From Balanoglossus misakiensis (Eukaryota > Animalia > Hemichordata), in contig CM082581.2 in NCBI GenBank assembly GCA_040954595.2, positions 4,270,699 through 4,334,698 of the forward strand: DNA of 64,000 nt, given 5' to 3'. The notes below the pieces were generated by a model, which was not told the origin of the DNA, made no database searches, and saw nothing but the letters and a program-made list of their open reading frames with translations. This document shows, in pieces, positions 1 through 13,668 of the stretch. Position numbers and translations under genes: made by a program. The number at the start of each line of letters is the position of its first letter. Position 1 is the stretch's first letter.

Positions 1-2531
1 GGCATTCATTGTCTCCCCTCGATGTATCCCCCTCCTCTACAAAAAAAGTTTTGAAGTATAACAATTCTATCAAACTTACACTACATCAGACTTTACTTAT
101 CATATACCATTCCCTGATAACGATGTATTGTTGTTTTATGATAGATGTTTGTAAACTTAACACTGTGAAAGTCATGTAATATCAATGATATCAAGTTAAT
201 TTCTGGTGACTTTGCAAACAGGCTAACTGTTATTTTTGCTACAGGTAGTGGAGCTCTATACAGGATGGGTATCTGTGTGATATATAGTACTAAAAAACAT
301 CACACCACAAAAAATGACAGTCCTCAGATCACTGAAGATGTGTAGAGGATAACGGTGAAATATGAATCACCAAGTACAGGGAGATGATGGTCCGTTTTTT
401 TTTTGTTTTTTTACAAAATATCTTGGATGGAAAGTCTTTCCTTACAGGCAGTGACCTGTTTAATCTCACCACATGGAATACATGTAACTGGAAATACAAT
501 GTACTTTTATTATTTATAAACAAAACACTACACAGTCTTGCATCCCTGAAATGCATCAATGCAAAGGCAGTCAATGATGCCAATCTTCGACCACAGCCTG
601 TGTTCTAAAACTGTATAATGTCTTTTTTTCACCAACGCCATAATCTAAATATAATTAATATATAACACAAACCAAATACATGATAAAATTTATTTGTAAT
701 ATTCCACAAACAAAAAAGAAAACGTTAACTCTAGACTGAGTAAACCTTGCAAGTCTTCACAAGATATAAACCGTCTTTACATCTTTGGTACAATACATGT
801 TAAGAATGACATCCTCAAAGGATTCAACATTTCTCTAAATTTTCACAGGTTTAGGTCATTTAAACCATGGTCAGTTACAAATAAAAAGAGGGGATGAATT
901 TTCTTTTTTTCATGAAGCATCAATTCGAAGTGAAATGATGTATTCAAGAATGGTCGAACCATAATGATAAACTTTCAATATCTCTCCTTTGAAATCACGT
1001 AAAATGGGCACTGTGTTTATTGCTTTGTTTTCCTCCGTAAGATGAATCAGGTTTATCTAGTGATACAACAAAAACCTTATAATAATTATATATTTTGTAG
1101 GTTGCTAGTATTTGGAATCTCGGTTTGACTTTTTTTTCTTGCTTGACCTTCCTGTCCATCTCAAAACTGCACCAGGCAATACACAACACAACATAGTGGG
1201 TATGAGAATGTACTTTTTTTCTCCCCTTTTACTGCACATTTCCCAATTTTTCTGTCCATCACTGTCCTTCCACTGTCCAGGCAGTTACTGCTATTTCAGC
1301 CAATTATTCATATATTTAAAAGGCAACTGTGATAAAACTGTAAATGCTTTTGAGTAAGATTTGGCATTCATTCACATCTTTTCAAAATTATGAAGAACGG
1401 GTGAATACCAAATATATCCTATAGAAAATAGACATGCTTAAATAAATTATATAGAATAACTTTGTCTTTTGTACAGAAGTTACCATATATACAGGGATAT
1501 TCGGTCACTAGAACGTAAAATGATACCGGTAAATGTCAACACATAATTTTGTTTGAATTCACACCAGATTGAGAGCAATCTGCTAATAAGATATATCCTC
1601 ACACCCACTGCAACTAATAATAATAATTCTCAGTATAATGATCAACTCTCTGAAGAATCCCACAGGACCAGCTCTGTGTATTTTGGGACATCAAGTACTG
1701 GTGACATATTTACAAATGTTCAATCTATGGATTGTTTTTTGAGAATATACATTGACAAGGTGCAACAGTGATAATAATTACACTTTCTTGTGGTTTAGTA
1801 CATGTGGTAAACGCCTACTGAAAAAATCTCATGACAGCAAATTATTCATATATAAAAATGATCTCCCAGATATGGCATTTTTTTTTTCGTCTGACATATT
1901 TGGATAAACCCATAAACGGCAACTATTCCACTTGTCTAACCAGAAATGGGAGGACAATGTCTGAAAGTCAACATTTCAACAAAAAACCCTGCTTTAGTGT
2001 CCATCACTTCTTGTATGGATATGCACCGTGTAAATATAATTTCTAATTCTTCGGCCGACCAAACTTAATTTATGTGAATTAGGGTTTTATAATATCATTG
2101 TCAACTTCAGAATGGTCGCTCCCAGGCTCCCAACTTGCTTATTGCTACAGTTCATACAGTGACTTTAATACTTCACAATAATGCAGTTCTTATGTAAATT
2201 GTGAAGTAATTAGATGTTTTACCACCAACATTGCCACCTCAAAATTTTTACAAGCTTAGTCATCTGACATGTAAATAACATTGGTAACACTCATTGTGCT
2301 CTCTAAAGTTATTTTAAATCTTTTATCTTTAAAAAAAACCCCACAAGATATGATAAATCTTATTAATATATGTCACATGCAATGGTATTATACCGTAACA
2401 TATATCTACAGTACTACACCAATAGTCTCTTGCAGGAGAGCTTGCATAAGACACTGTAATGACAGACTTTTGAAATGTTCTTTTGAAGCTCAGCTCTGAT
2501 ATTACTGAGATCAACTTGTGGTAATGGCTCC

Positions 2532-5500
2532 TCATTTGACTTTGATAGTGAGGCCTCCAGAAGAACTGCCAGCTGCAGTTTTCTCCAGGACAGAATTGAC
2601 AAATTCTGGCGTGTGTCCACCCACCATTTCTCCTGTGATCAATGAGGAAATGAACAGAGTAATAAGTATACAACTCTAGGCAATGATATTGTACAAGCTT
2701 ACTATGTCATTCTCCACATAAGACTCCTCTATAAGACTCTACATCGCTACATGGACAAGCATATATACATAATTATATTCTTCTATTTGAGAAATTTAGT
2801 CATGTTAATTTGCTGATATGCTCTCATTTGACAAACTACGCTATATCAAGTCAACTGATTTCTTTCTGGTGCCATTTCAATTTCAATACTTGAGGAGGTG
2901 AAACTCTAACAGAGGCGATGAAAAGTCTTAGACACTTGAAACTATGTAACCGGCAAATGGTGTCCATCTACACAAAGTGGGGAAACTCTATGATCTTGTG
3001 ACACTTGACAATGTGACAATTGCAGCACACATGACACCTCGAGGAAGCTCAGAAATTTCTGCAGAACAGATTTCTGATATCACTAAATCAATGTATCTTA
3101 CCCAAATCATTTTTGATGAGTTTATCCAGCCTTCCTGTCAATGTATCATCAAAGCGTCGATCTGGGTACTGAGCTCTTCGTATGATCTCTTGTCTGATGG
3201 TACTCAACACATAGCGCAGCCTCTCTGCATTAACAATACAATGAAAGAACTTGATCAGCAATTTTCATGGCTTTCTGTATTTGTTCCAGTTATTACAATT
3301 TCAAAATGTACATATACAAACACACAATATGAATATCTGATTCTGACCCAAAACTGGAAAACCAGGTGGCCAAAACAACCACTACAAAAGCTTTATCCTA
3401 TAACCCACGAACCTCAGTTAAATTCATAGGCTCTACACAGGAGGGTTAAGATTAGGATACTTTGTGAAATAATTCATCCATAATTCATTCATAAGTAGAG
3501 AGCTGAAGTCTAATTTAGAGAACATTTTGCTGATATGTCACGCGATGGAAGTACAGATAAATACTTTACTACGATACTTAACACACACATGGTTTTGTTT
3601 GTACCATGGTGCACCGGAATGCATCTACATTTGTATTTGCAAATAATGATGGAACTTACGATATTCTTCATCAAGTCCATGCATCTTCACCTTGTTAGCT
3701 TCATGTTGTGCCTTTTTCTTCAGTCGACAAGCCCTGTACAGGAGAAAAAAGATAACAATCATGGTTGGATGCATCAGTGAGGGAGTTTTCTGGGTAGTGA
3801 GAGATGAAGAAGGGACTAAGTCGTATGTCTGATGGTTCTTGCTACAATTCAACTAAAATGTATCTCCTTGGAAAGCTTGTCAACTTTGCATGGCATTTAC
3901 AAAGCTTGCGAGATAACCAAAGTTATCAGAAGTGGCAAGGTTGCATGACATTATCGCCATTTCTTTCTTTGACCTACGCAGCAGTTGGTATGTCCCCCAG
4001 GCCAATAATGACTCTCTGTGATGGACTGAACATTTTTCATAGAGCTTTTGATTCTGCAAGAGTGTGGGATCAATTTGTTCTCACACTCTGATCCCATGCA
4101 CACTCTCAGTGGCCGTGAGTGTGATAGAATCTCCAACTCCCAAGGACCTGGGATCATATTTCTCACACGAGTTGGGGATAGCACAATCTTACCTTGATGC
4201 CAATTTATTCTTCTCCTTTCTTGATTTCTGTCTGGCGTTGACTGGCAGCTCACTCACTGGAGTCAGGTCGCTGATGATCTTGTTGAGTTTCCGCAGCTCA
4301 TTCCCAATATGCAAGAGCCGTCTTGGGTTGGGTGTCAGATCTTCACTGTCACTCCGCCTACTTTTCCCCACCTTCAACGAGACGCCTGCATGGGGAGTGG
4401 GGAAAATAAGTGTATCTTTACCGATCTTAAACAATTCTGATGGCTGGGCAAACCAGACTGAGCTGGCTGGCTGGCTGCCAGTACGTTGCCTGTTCTGGCT
4501 GTACTCCAGAGTAGGTGGTCCTGCATAACGGGGCACAAGGGTTATTAGTTGGACAGAAAATAAGGAGAAAGTGGATAGTGTGTGTTTGCAAACACAAGTA
4601 GTAGTCATGATCGTGAATCAAATGAAAGAATTTCCAACAAACTGGAACACAAACTTGACGTGATATGGTGCACTGTGGGAGGGATACACATCTTTCTCCT
4701 CTTGCAAGAGAAAGAAGACAAAATGGTTTTATAGTGAATATCAGTTGAAGAAATCAGTATAACACTAGCAATTCGGTTGAGACCAGAAAAAAAGCTATGA
4801 ACTTATTCCAAGGGTAGTATTCAACCTTATGATTTTAAGACAATGTAGAAATAGCATACTATGCACAAGTGCATTTATGAACACTAGCAAAGCATTTCCA
4901 TCCACATGACCAAAACACTTTCCAAATGGGTCAGGTCTGTAATTTTAAAGAAACATCAAAATTTGATGTTTCTGTGATTTATGCAGAAATTTAGGGCTGG
5001 CAAACTTGTTTCAATTTTATTTTGGCAAACACTAAACTTAGACCCTCTCAAAGCCTTTAATTTACATGTTGGCTTTATTCTCTGCTGGCTGTGAGAGTCT
5101 TCAACAATGCACCAATGCTACACTACATCGCACGGAAGACAATGTTATTATGCTACAATTTTAGTTCTTTTTATTCCAACTCACCACTGGAAATATCCAT
5201 CTCTTCGCTTTCAGAATCCTCTTCACTGTCATCATCATTGTCATCATGATCACTATCAAATCCCTCATCATTTGAGTCCATACAACTACCTTCCTCATCA
5301 TCACCCTCTTCCTTTGGTGAATACACACTCTGGGTTTGCTGCAATGGTAATACATGGAATGATGTCATTATGCTGTCATTCTGAATTTTGTCATCATAAA
5401 AACGTGACCATGATAGTACACAGTGAAATACCTAATCACAGACTCTAATTTACATATGTACATACAGAATTTCTGAAATCTTCTTCGTCTTGAGTAAACC

Positions 5501-6594
5501 CACCACAAACATGTTTTTTTTTTCTGCAGATACAAATAGAGAATTTACGAATTTTGTATGCATGCTCCTACCTTGAAGACAGTGCTTGTGTAATCATGGC
5601 CACTACTTCTTACAGCACTTTGTCCTTTATTTGCCATCTGTTCCTTTTCTTCCTTCTCCTTCTCCCTCTCCTTCTCTTCCTCCTCCTCCTCCTCATCAAG
5701 ATATTCCTTGATTTCCTCCCACTTTCGGTCCATGCTGGATTCATTGGTACCCACCGGGTCTTCATTTTTCAATGACGTTCTATGACTTTTGGACAAAAAC
5801 AAACTGCTGTAGTCAGTCTTGGAGGTGGATTCAGTCTGTTTCAGCAGACTTCGCAGTTCAGTCTTGTCATCACTGGCGGACTTTGTCATGCTACAGGAAC
5901 TGCCTGCGCACGGATCTTCACATTTCACTTGTGGTTTGACGTCTACCAGCTGATGAGAGACTTCCTCCTGGGGCATCTTTTTCTCCTGACATTCCTGATG
6001 TGTAGGCCTCAACATCTGGTTTTGTGAGCTGCACGGTTTTGTTTGTCCTGAAACTTCTGCGGGGATGTCACTGTACTGACGCTCCACTTTCACAACTCTC
6101 GGCTGGCTGACAATCTGTTTTTGCAGGTCCGGGTGGTAAAACGAATCCACAATCGGTTGCGAGTCCTCCATGTTTAGCTCCGCCAATGTAGGCCCGTGCG
6201 CTATGTCATCTTGGTTTTGCAACGGACTGGACACATCAATATCGAAGAAGTCACTCTCTTGGGAACCCCACAGCGAATCCCGTCCACTGTCACAAAACGA
6301 ATTGAAGCTGTCGTTGAGGGAATAATCTCCAGGATAGCCTTCATAGATCGGATCCACATGCATCGTAGTCACACTGTTCATTCCCGAATACAAGTTCCAG
6401 TCGTCGCTTTTGGTGTAGGCGTGGTTAAGTTGTACCTTGGCTAGTGATCTCGATGGGTCTTCTGTTTCGTACATCAAACAAGACTGTGGACTGGTTGAAT
6501 AGCTAGATACATTGTCTAATCCAAGAGCCTGATCATTCACCTGCACAGTGGAATAGTCGCTTGCATCCACCAAGTCACTGTATGTACATTCCAT
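2532..6594 (-). CDS. CREBRF: CREB3 regulatory factor (CREBRF / Drosophila REPTOR-like) bZIP transcription factor; 6 coding exons: 5572-6594, 5185-5338, 4193-4520, 3660-3733, 3102-3224, 2532-2632 (~600 aa)
   Basis: Spliced translation gives family-typical motifs GPTLAELN, an acidic D/E tract, [33 protein letters not shown], basic region [28 protein letters not shown] and C-terminal [23 protein letters not shown], with TGA at 2532-2534. All introns are GT-AG and phases are consistent. The start codon is less certain. Confidence 0.93.
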
Positions 6595-7645
6595 GTTGAA
6601 ATTACCTGGCTGAAACCATACAAAAACAATGTATGAGTAATATATTTGTCTTAATTAAGAACTGTCTCTTATTTTGCAACAAATTTGTTTTTGTTTGTTT
6701 TTTACCCACAAAATTACTCACAAATGTTAACTGCACAACCCGTTTATATCATATTGACCACAAATGCAAAACAATTATCCAACAATAAGTGGGAATGGTG
6801 ATTTCAACATTGCTGACTGACTATGAGAAGTGTGTAAAATGCATCCTAAAATTAGCTTGTATAACATAATTATTCAGCTTGACACAGCCAGTAATCACCT
6901 ATTAATTTCTTTGATATAATTTTACAATGAACAGATATATGTTTGACAATTCACTGTGACCTTGCAAAGCTGCCTATGACAAAACAAATGAGTTGAATCA
7001 TAAAACTAATCACTGACAGTGACTTCTTAAAAAATTTCATCAATAAGAGTAGAACAAAACCTATTTATTTCCTACCTAAGTGGATATATACTTTGTAGGT
7101 TTTAGGATTGTATAACTCAGTAGAATTCACAAATGTCAATAAATATTACAGCACACAATATGAAACACACAATATGCTGGTTTATAGGAAACCCTAAAAT
7201 TGGTCAAACACGTTCAAAAACATCCCCATGAGCGATATGCCTAGGTGTTAAAAATAAGCCACAAGGAAAATGTTGGCAGGATGGGGACAAAAAAATTCTA
7301 AACAAAGAAAACAAAAGTATCATTACCCGGACCATTAATTTATTTTAAGAGTCTTGTAAACAGAAGTCAGCCAATTAGAATTTACCTACCAAAAGCACTG
7401 TTCTCATATCCATATTTGAGACAACAGCTGATGGCAGCATGAATAATTCCAATATTCAAATCTTCTTGCCCAATGTAGTTTTCACAAGTTTCACTGAAGA
7501 AAAATCAGCTGGACTGTTCTTTGTTTTGCCAATTTCCTTGAGTATTATGCTTCAATAAAGCTGTACCAGCAGTGTAATGAATATAACTTTGGTCCAGGAA
7601 ATCGCCAATTGCTCACTTCAAGAGAATTAGAATTCAGGACATGAC

Positions 7646-9450
7646 CTCATTCCTCTTGAAGAGGCTCTTCTTCTTTTATGACGTTGATAAAATTGTCCCA
7701 GGATATAAACCCGGATGTAAAAGTTAGGGGTTTTCCCTGTTCTCTGTGAAAACAAAAGTATGTGAACCGTATAGAAAGTGTATGCATAATTTTACCGCCT
7801 TGTTGACTGCTATTTTTTAAAAGGTCAATGACATTTATTTTTGGAATCACGGGAGAAATAAGAGGAGCTTTTCATTCCAGATACTTCAAAATAGACAAGT
7901 ATACAGTAATTTGAAGAATTCAAATTTCTGGCGATTACTATACAATGTCTATACTAATTTGAGATGTTCACATTTACTGCAAGATATGACATGCAAATCT
8001 ACATTATTCACTACATCATGGACCTCTCTTACATATAGAGTGTTTTTGTAACATATGTAATAGTGGTACAATGTACATGAATAGGTAAATGTTACCAGGG
8101 TTCCCTTTGGTATAAACTATCAAGTCAAGTCACATCAGCCATGGGGTAGCAGAAATGTTACTGTAATTCCAAAAATCATTCACCAAGGTTCCCCAACCTT
8201 AGCAAAAACACTGTTACCGTATATTTATAGTGATCAATAACCTTTGCACAGATGGGTGGTGACCTTGCACTACAACCAGCTTGCCTGGATTTGACTGCAG
8301 CTGTTTATCCTTGGGGTTGCAGTAAGTGAAGGCATATGTGTTGTATATTCATGACATTGCATCATCATAACATCCACATAATACCCCAGCAATGCTCTAA
8401 CTTCTAAGTAAACAATGTTGCCAAGAGTAAACTTGCATTTCGTTGCCCATAAACAATCGATTCACGGTAAAACGTTGGAATAATGAAGTTATTTATTATA
8501 ATTATGTATAGGACGTTACGGTACAATCAGTATATTTATGATAGGTGACATGATGACCCCTGGTGTATTATTACAATTAAAAGTGTTTCCTCGTTAGAAA
8601 TAGTGAATAATTGCTGAGGATCGGTTGGTGCAAGAATGGATAACTTGTAAAATATTTGTCATTATATTATGCATGGGTAAACTCAAAGTTTTGTCTGGAT
8701 CCATGCCAACATAAGTGACTTCCGAGAACTTACACTTGCCTTACAGAGAAAAATTAGAATGTTTACATGTATATTGACTTGCCACGGTTACACCTATGTA
8801 TCGACCATGAATTGAAACGAATTGATAAGAAACAGTGACCCAGTCCGTACTTCTAGGTTCTACACTCTACACAATTAATCTGGACTGGAAAGATTCGGTT
8901 TGTATCATAACTATGTAGGCTATACATGTACCAACATTATGTGTAGCGAACAGATGCAATCAAATCGAGGTTGCCAGGGATTCTGTTTACATCGAGGAAA
9001 AAAGAGAAGTGGTCCAAAAGACCGAGCCAGGTGTTTTCTTGGACATTAACAGTGTTTTTTTAAACAGTAAACTTCATCAATGCATCAGTAAAAATACTTA
9101 TAAACATTCATTAAACTACGGCAGCTCCCACGCTTAGCGGAAAATATTCACGAACATTCTGGAACTCGGATGACTTGCGGAAATATCAAAACAACAAGGG
9201 CAGTTGCACCTACCTTGGCTACTTATGTAAAGGTCCAGAGACAACTTTCCGGCAAAACACAACTTTCAACGATAAAATCCTTTAAAAATTCAAGCTGTTC
9301 TCGCGGAAGACAGTAAGCTAGCTTCTGCAAATAATTTTGCAATATAACAATACGTTTAAAATGCACAAATTGTCGTCCAACGTCGAGCGAAATACCACAG
9401 CTTCGAAACTCGCTGGATCAAAATATTGTTATGGTGCTGTCAGCGATATC
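7646..9450 (-). other. Putative non-coding 5' exons of CREBRF (exon 1 ~9214-9450; candidate exon 7646-7743)
   Basis: Strong donor AAG|GTAGGT at 9213 in a CpG-enriched stretch, CCAAT box near 9489, acceptor tgttttcacag at 7744, and a weaker donor GAG|GTCATG at 7645. Confidence 0.45.
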
Positions 9451-9479
9451 TCAAAGTCCCGTGACTTGTAGTGTTTACA

Positions 9480-10115
9480 AATTATTGACCAATCAGACCG
9501 CAGATTCATAGGTTATCTGCATACCTTGATATTTGGACCGCCCTGCATTCAATGTAAATGCATGGTAGAAGTAAAGAGAATTAAAGTGTTTATCTGTCTA
9601 TTCCGTATAAATTAACACATTTAAACACTCATGTCAATGCGCATTTTTTTATATTCTCGTTTTTATTGTTTGTAGGTAAATACGGAGGAAACGTCACTCT
9701 GTTATAACATTACATTTCATTAAAAAAATCAAGAAACTAGAATAAAAAACAGTTTCTCCCAACAGTCTTAAAACTGGTTCAAACGGGAATATAAGTGTCA
9801 TATGAGAGTCACGTGACCACAGTTGTGTTGTCGATTTATTTTGGTCATTGACGTCACGCTTGTACTGAGTGTTGCGAAATTGCATCCACGTTCAAAACTT
9901 ATTTCAAAATATTACCTAGGATATGTGAGTTTGTAGTAAAAACGATTCAAATATTATCTTTATCTATCGTTGTACATCAAGTATAACAACAAGTCTCCAA
10001 AAGTGAGAGCTGTGGGCCACCAGACAACCAATCGTGTTGGACGTTAAATGTAAATACTACGAACGAGACTCCTTATCCACAGTCAGGATTTGGGCCAAGA
10101 TTGTTGCATCATTTG
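9480..10115. promoter_or_regulatory. CREBRF promoter region with CCAAT, CLEAR/E-box GTCACGTGAC (9808-9817), CRE TGACGTCA (9849-9856) and C/EBP-ATF-like GTTGCATCA (10103-10111)
   Basis: Motifs read directly from the sequence, immediately upstream of the first CREBRF donor. Function is inferred. Confidence 0.5.
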
Positions 10116-10622
10116 TTTTGGGTTTTCTCGGGTGGGTGTGCTGTGTGCAAAACGTTGGCGATGTCGTTGAACTTACTCAGTTGAACTTCAGTTGATACCC
10201 TGGTCGAATATATTAACCGATATTAGTTGTTGGTCGCTCGAGTAACCCTGGTGCCGAACCAGAATAAACATGATCACGATCCTGTCATGCATCACACGTC
10301 ACATATGCATAGACCTCTTTTTTTTCGGGGGGGGGGGGAGGGGGATCAAAACGGTACTATCCTACATTGTAATTTGCCCAAAATTATGACAGCGAGACCT
10401 TGCTGCAGTACCTTTCCTGGAGAGGTGGGTTGGACGCAGGCCAGAAGCTGGACCTTGAGCATGCATAGACACTTGGGGCAAATTACTTGCCTGGGGAATC
10501 AACCAACCCCGTTTTGCAGAAACCATGTCACACACACATAAATCATAATCCATGGTGCCGAAACATGCACATTGTTTTAGCTGTAAATTGCCTTCCTGGG
10601 CACTAAACTAGAGGAGCTTTAA

Positions 10623-10695
10623 CCCTTTCATCACCATGGTACCGGTTCAGTCAAAACCCATTGTTTTCTAGGGCAAGGTCGAACTTCTGTAGGGA
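10623..10695. mobile_element. ~80-90 bp piggyBac-like mini-MITE, partial copy
   Basis: TTAA|CCCTTTCATCACCATGG...CCCATTGTTTTCTA, matching the family at 12925, 17946, 46240, 53305 and 56745. Confidence 0.65.
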
Positions 10696-12454
10696 TAGCG
10701 GGAACTGGCCAGTCCCTTAGAGTTAGACATTAAAAAAAAATATCTTTCACTGGCAGGAAGCTCCTGTAGATCATGGCATATCTCGAACAAGGTCCTTTTC
10801 CATGCCTTGACAAAATTAATGAGCTTGCTCAGAGTAAACTGTCTTCGTACCAAATTGAACAAAATCCACTCAGGTGAGTCTGACTAATGGCTTTCAGGCT
10901 GCAGCGCATGGACACTGTCACACATGGAACCCAATCTGGAAGTCCCCAAGACTACTGATGACTAATTAACCCCATGCAACGTTATGTTAACACACACTTC
11001 CTTTCATGTGCACTTGTGGGATTCACAGCACCAGATTAACCAAGGCCAACAATAATCAATGTGCAAACATTTCTTGAACCCAAATTGGACGAATGTAGTA
11101 TTGATAGGAAGAGTGATATAGGGAGAGCGTGAAATCCAATTCAGACTAAATATGGGAGCATTTTGTATTTTGCCCAGGCTAGGTCCATCCCAATTAAATT
11201 TTGCCAATGTAAACGACACAACTGTAATAATGACATCAAAATCACTACGCACCACTCTGTTCCAGATCAACTTATGAACTCGTTTATTTATGGTCTTTGA
11301 ATAAAAGTACAACTTTAAAAAAAACGCAGAACAAACTTGAACTAGCAAGATATAACATTTTTTCTGTTTGCTCAGAAACAATGCTGAAAACTACTGTAAT
11401 AACATGTTATAAAGACGACAACCTCACCTTTCCCACAATTTGTGCAATGTGGGAATAAAAATAAGTTGTCCATGTTGTAAGTAAAACGCACTTGAATAGT
11501 TCCCTCTGAACTGGAACGCAACAGTTCTACTCAATAACAACAGCACTGAAATACAACTGCATTCAGCACTTTTTTTCACCATTGTTAAAAATTGTTGAAC
11601 TGCATGAACATTGAAATTGGAACAAATGAAAATCTCAGGGGGGAAAACCATCTTCCTGTGTGCAAAAATGAGCACTCGTAAACTGGATTCAACCTGTACT
11701 TTCACACGACCATGCCACTTTTGTAGAAGACCCCTTGCAATTTGCATGCTAAGCTAAACTCAAATGATCTACAACAGCTACCGGTAACGGCTTCATCCTA
11801 CACATGGGTGATGCAACAGGGTACACTTTCTGCAAGTCGCGTATCTAGGGGACCAAGTAATCAAACTGGATGAAAGTGGCAGCAACATTTTGAACAGCAA
11901 TGACGTCACATACATGTTACTCAAGGACGAGATAGATGATATTCTATGCCGCAAAATATATATCCAGGGAAACACAGGAATGTTGGTAAATGGTCCCACT
12001 TACAAAAGTTGAGCTGCATCCGACCACTCGTGGTCATCAGTCCAGTAAAATTACAAAAGCAAGTTTACATACATCCTCAAGTTTCAATGTACAAAGCCAG
12101 GTCTGTGACTCATGGACACTACACCCCCAAGACCAAACCAAAATAAATATGAAATAACCTCAGTTGCATTACAGGGTAAGTGTAACTGAAACAGGTCAAT
12201 GAAAATTAACACTGGTTAATGATGACACTGCTCTATTAATGTTGTCAATAACAGTAACACATCAGTAACAGTAACATATTATAACACACCTCATCAGCAA
12301 TCTGAGTCACCCCGCTCACTTCAAAACGACATACTGCGGATGCGCGAAATGGAACAAAGATGTCGTCTTGGGCCAAGGGGAACGATAGTTGAGAAATTTC
12401 TCGGTTTGTATGGCGAGCTCTTATGCATGGCTGTGGATGAGGTGTGTTACAAAA

Positions 12455-12640
12455 CACATATTAACTAGCCTTTCGGGCAACAGCATATGTCTTTCACCCC
12501 TCGGGATTGTGCGTCACCCCCCAAAACAGACTGTTTCACTCGGCCTCTGGCCTCAGGAAACAGTCTGTTTTGGGGGGTGACTCACAGTCCCTCGGATTAC
12601 AGATGTCTGCTGTTGCCTGCATGGCCAGTTAATATGTGTA
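12455..12640. repeat. Foldback element (~85-bp arms) with central CACTCGGCCTCTGGCCTC motif
   Basis: ACACATATTAACT...CACCCCCCAAAACAGACTGTTTC versus GAAACAGTCTGTTTTGGGGGGTG...AGTTAATATGTGT. Confidence 0.75.
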
Positions 12641-12924
12641 TACTGATCATTGAAAGCAACACTTATCAACCTATCAATGACAGTAACATGGATCAACTGC
12701 CACTGATCAATAAATTGAAAGCAAGAAACATAACAATCAAATAATGTTCATCAACATCAGGAACAGAAAACACTGATCAGCTGCTACTAATCTGTCACAA
12801 AAGTAACAATGACCAATAGCTGCTGTTCAGAGTCACTAACAATCAACTCCCATCTTCTGACAGTCAGTAACAGTAACATACACTACAACTGCTGGTCAAT
12901 GACAGACACAACAGTAACATTTAA

Positions 12925-13002
12925 CCCTCTCACCTCCAGTATAGAGGTCCAACTTCACCATAGAAAACAATGAATTTGGACCGAACCATGGAGGTGAAAG
13001 GG
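12925..13002. mobile_element. ~80-90 bp piggyBac-like mini-MITE
   Basis: TTAA|CCCTCTCACC...CCATAGAAAACAATG...AACCATGGAGGTGAAAGGG. Confidence 0.7.
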
Positions 13003-13553
13003 TAAATAAACCCGCTACCCATCCTTTCAGCTAGCATGCTTTTTCGCCGATGTAGCTAAAAAATTAACGAATTCCCAATATGCACCATGGTTGAGGTGTT
13101 CTTGTTGATAGAAAGTAATGGTCCCGCTGATCAGTTTCAAGAACTAAACTTTGCCAAAGAACGCATGCAGTGTCTTACAATGCTTTCTAATCAACATTAG
13201 AAGTATTCCTCAACTGTGGCGTAAAGCAATCACTAAAACCTGACCAATTTGTACATGATTGCAGTGTTTGGGAAGGTTCAAACAAACAATCAGACAGCAA
13301 TGATTAAGCGCAGAGTCAAACACGTGTGTATCAGAGACCATAAAGATTGATCATGTCTGTTCAGCACAATACCAGCATCATAGAGTGTACCCCTTTTGGA
13401 AGAATCCATTGCTAGGCTGTATTGTCTGAATTTAACAAAGTTAACACAGTAAGCATTTATCAGTACCGGTATTTTTAACACCAAGTAGTACCGGTATTAT
13501 CATCAACAAGTATAAAAATAAGTCTACTATTAGAAAAAATCTACGCCTATGGA

Positions 13554-13668
13554 ATTCTGGCTAGCTGTACAATGAACACTTTGATGAACTTGGAAAGAAA
13601 CAAACAATTCTGGCTAGCTGTACAATAAACACTTCGATGATTCAACAACTTGGAAGAAAACAGACACT
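13554..13668. repeat. Two-copy tandem duplication (~54-60 bp unit)
   Basis: ATTCTGGCTAGCTGTACAAT.AACACTT.GATGA occurs twice. Confidence 0.8.

Noticed and set aside
4064-4528. 154-aa plus-strand ORF, and similar ORFs at 5554-6444, 26436-27018 and 27677-28499
   Set aside because: Antisense shadows of CREBRF and NSD coding exons with no independent motifs.
5171-5368. Apparent early stop after the CREBRF acidic tract (pseudogene?)
   Set aside because: A consensus donor (G|GTGAGT at 5184) precedes the stop, and the spliced frame is intact.
12200-12920. Recurrent CAGTAACA motif suggestive of an array
   Set aside because: Irregular spacing and no constant repeat-spacer structure; degenerate low-complexity DNA, not CRISPR-like.
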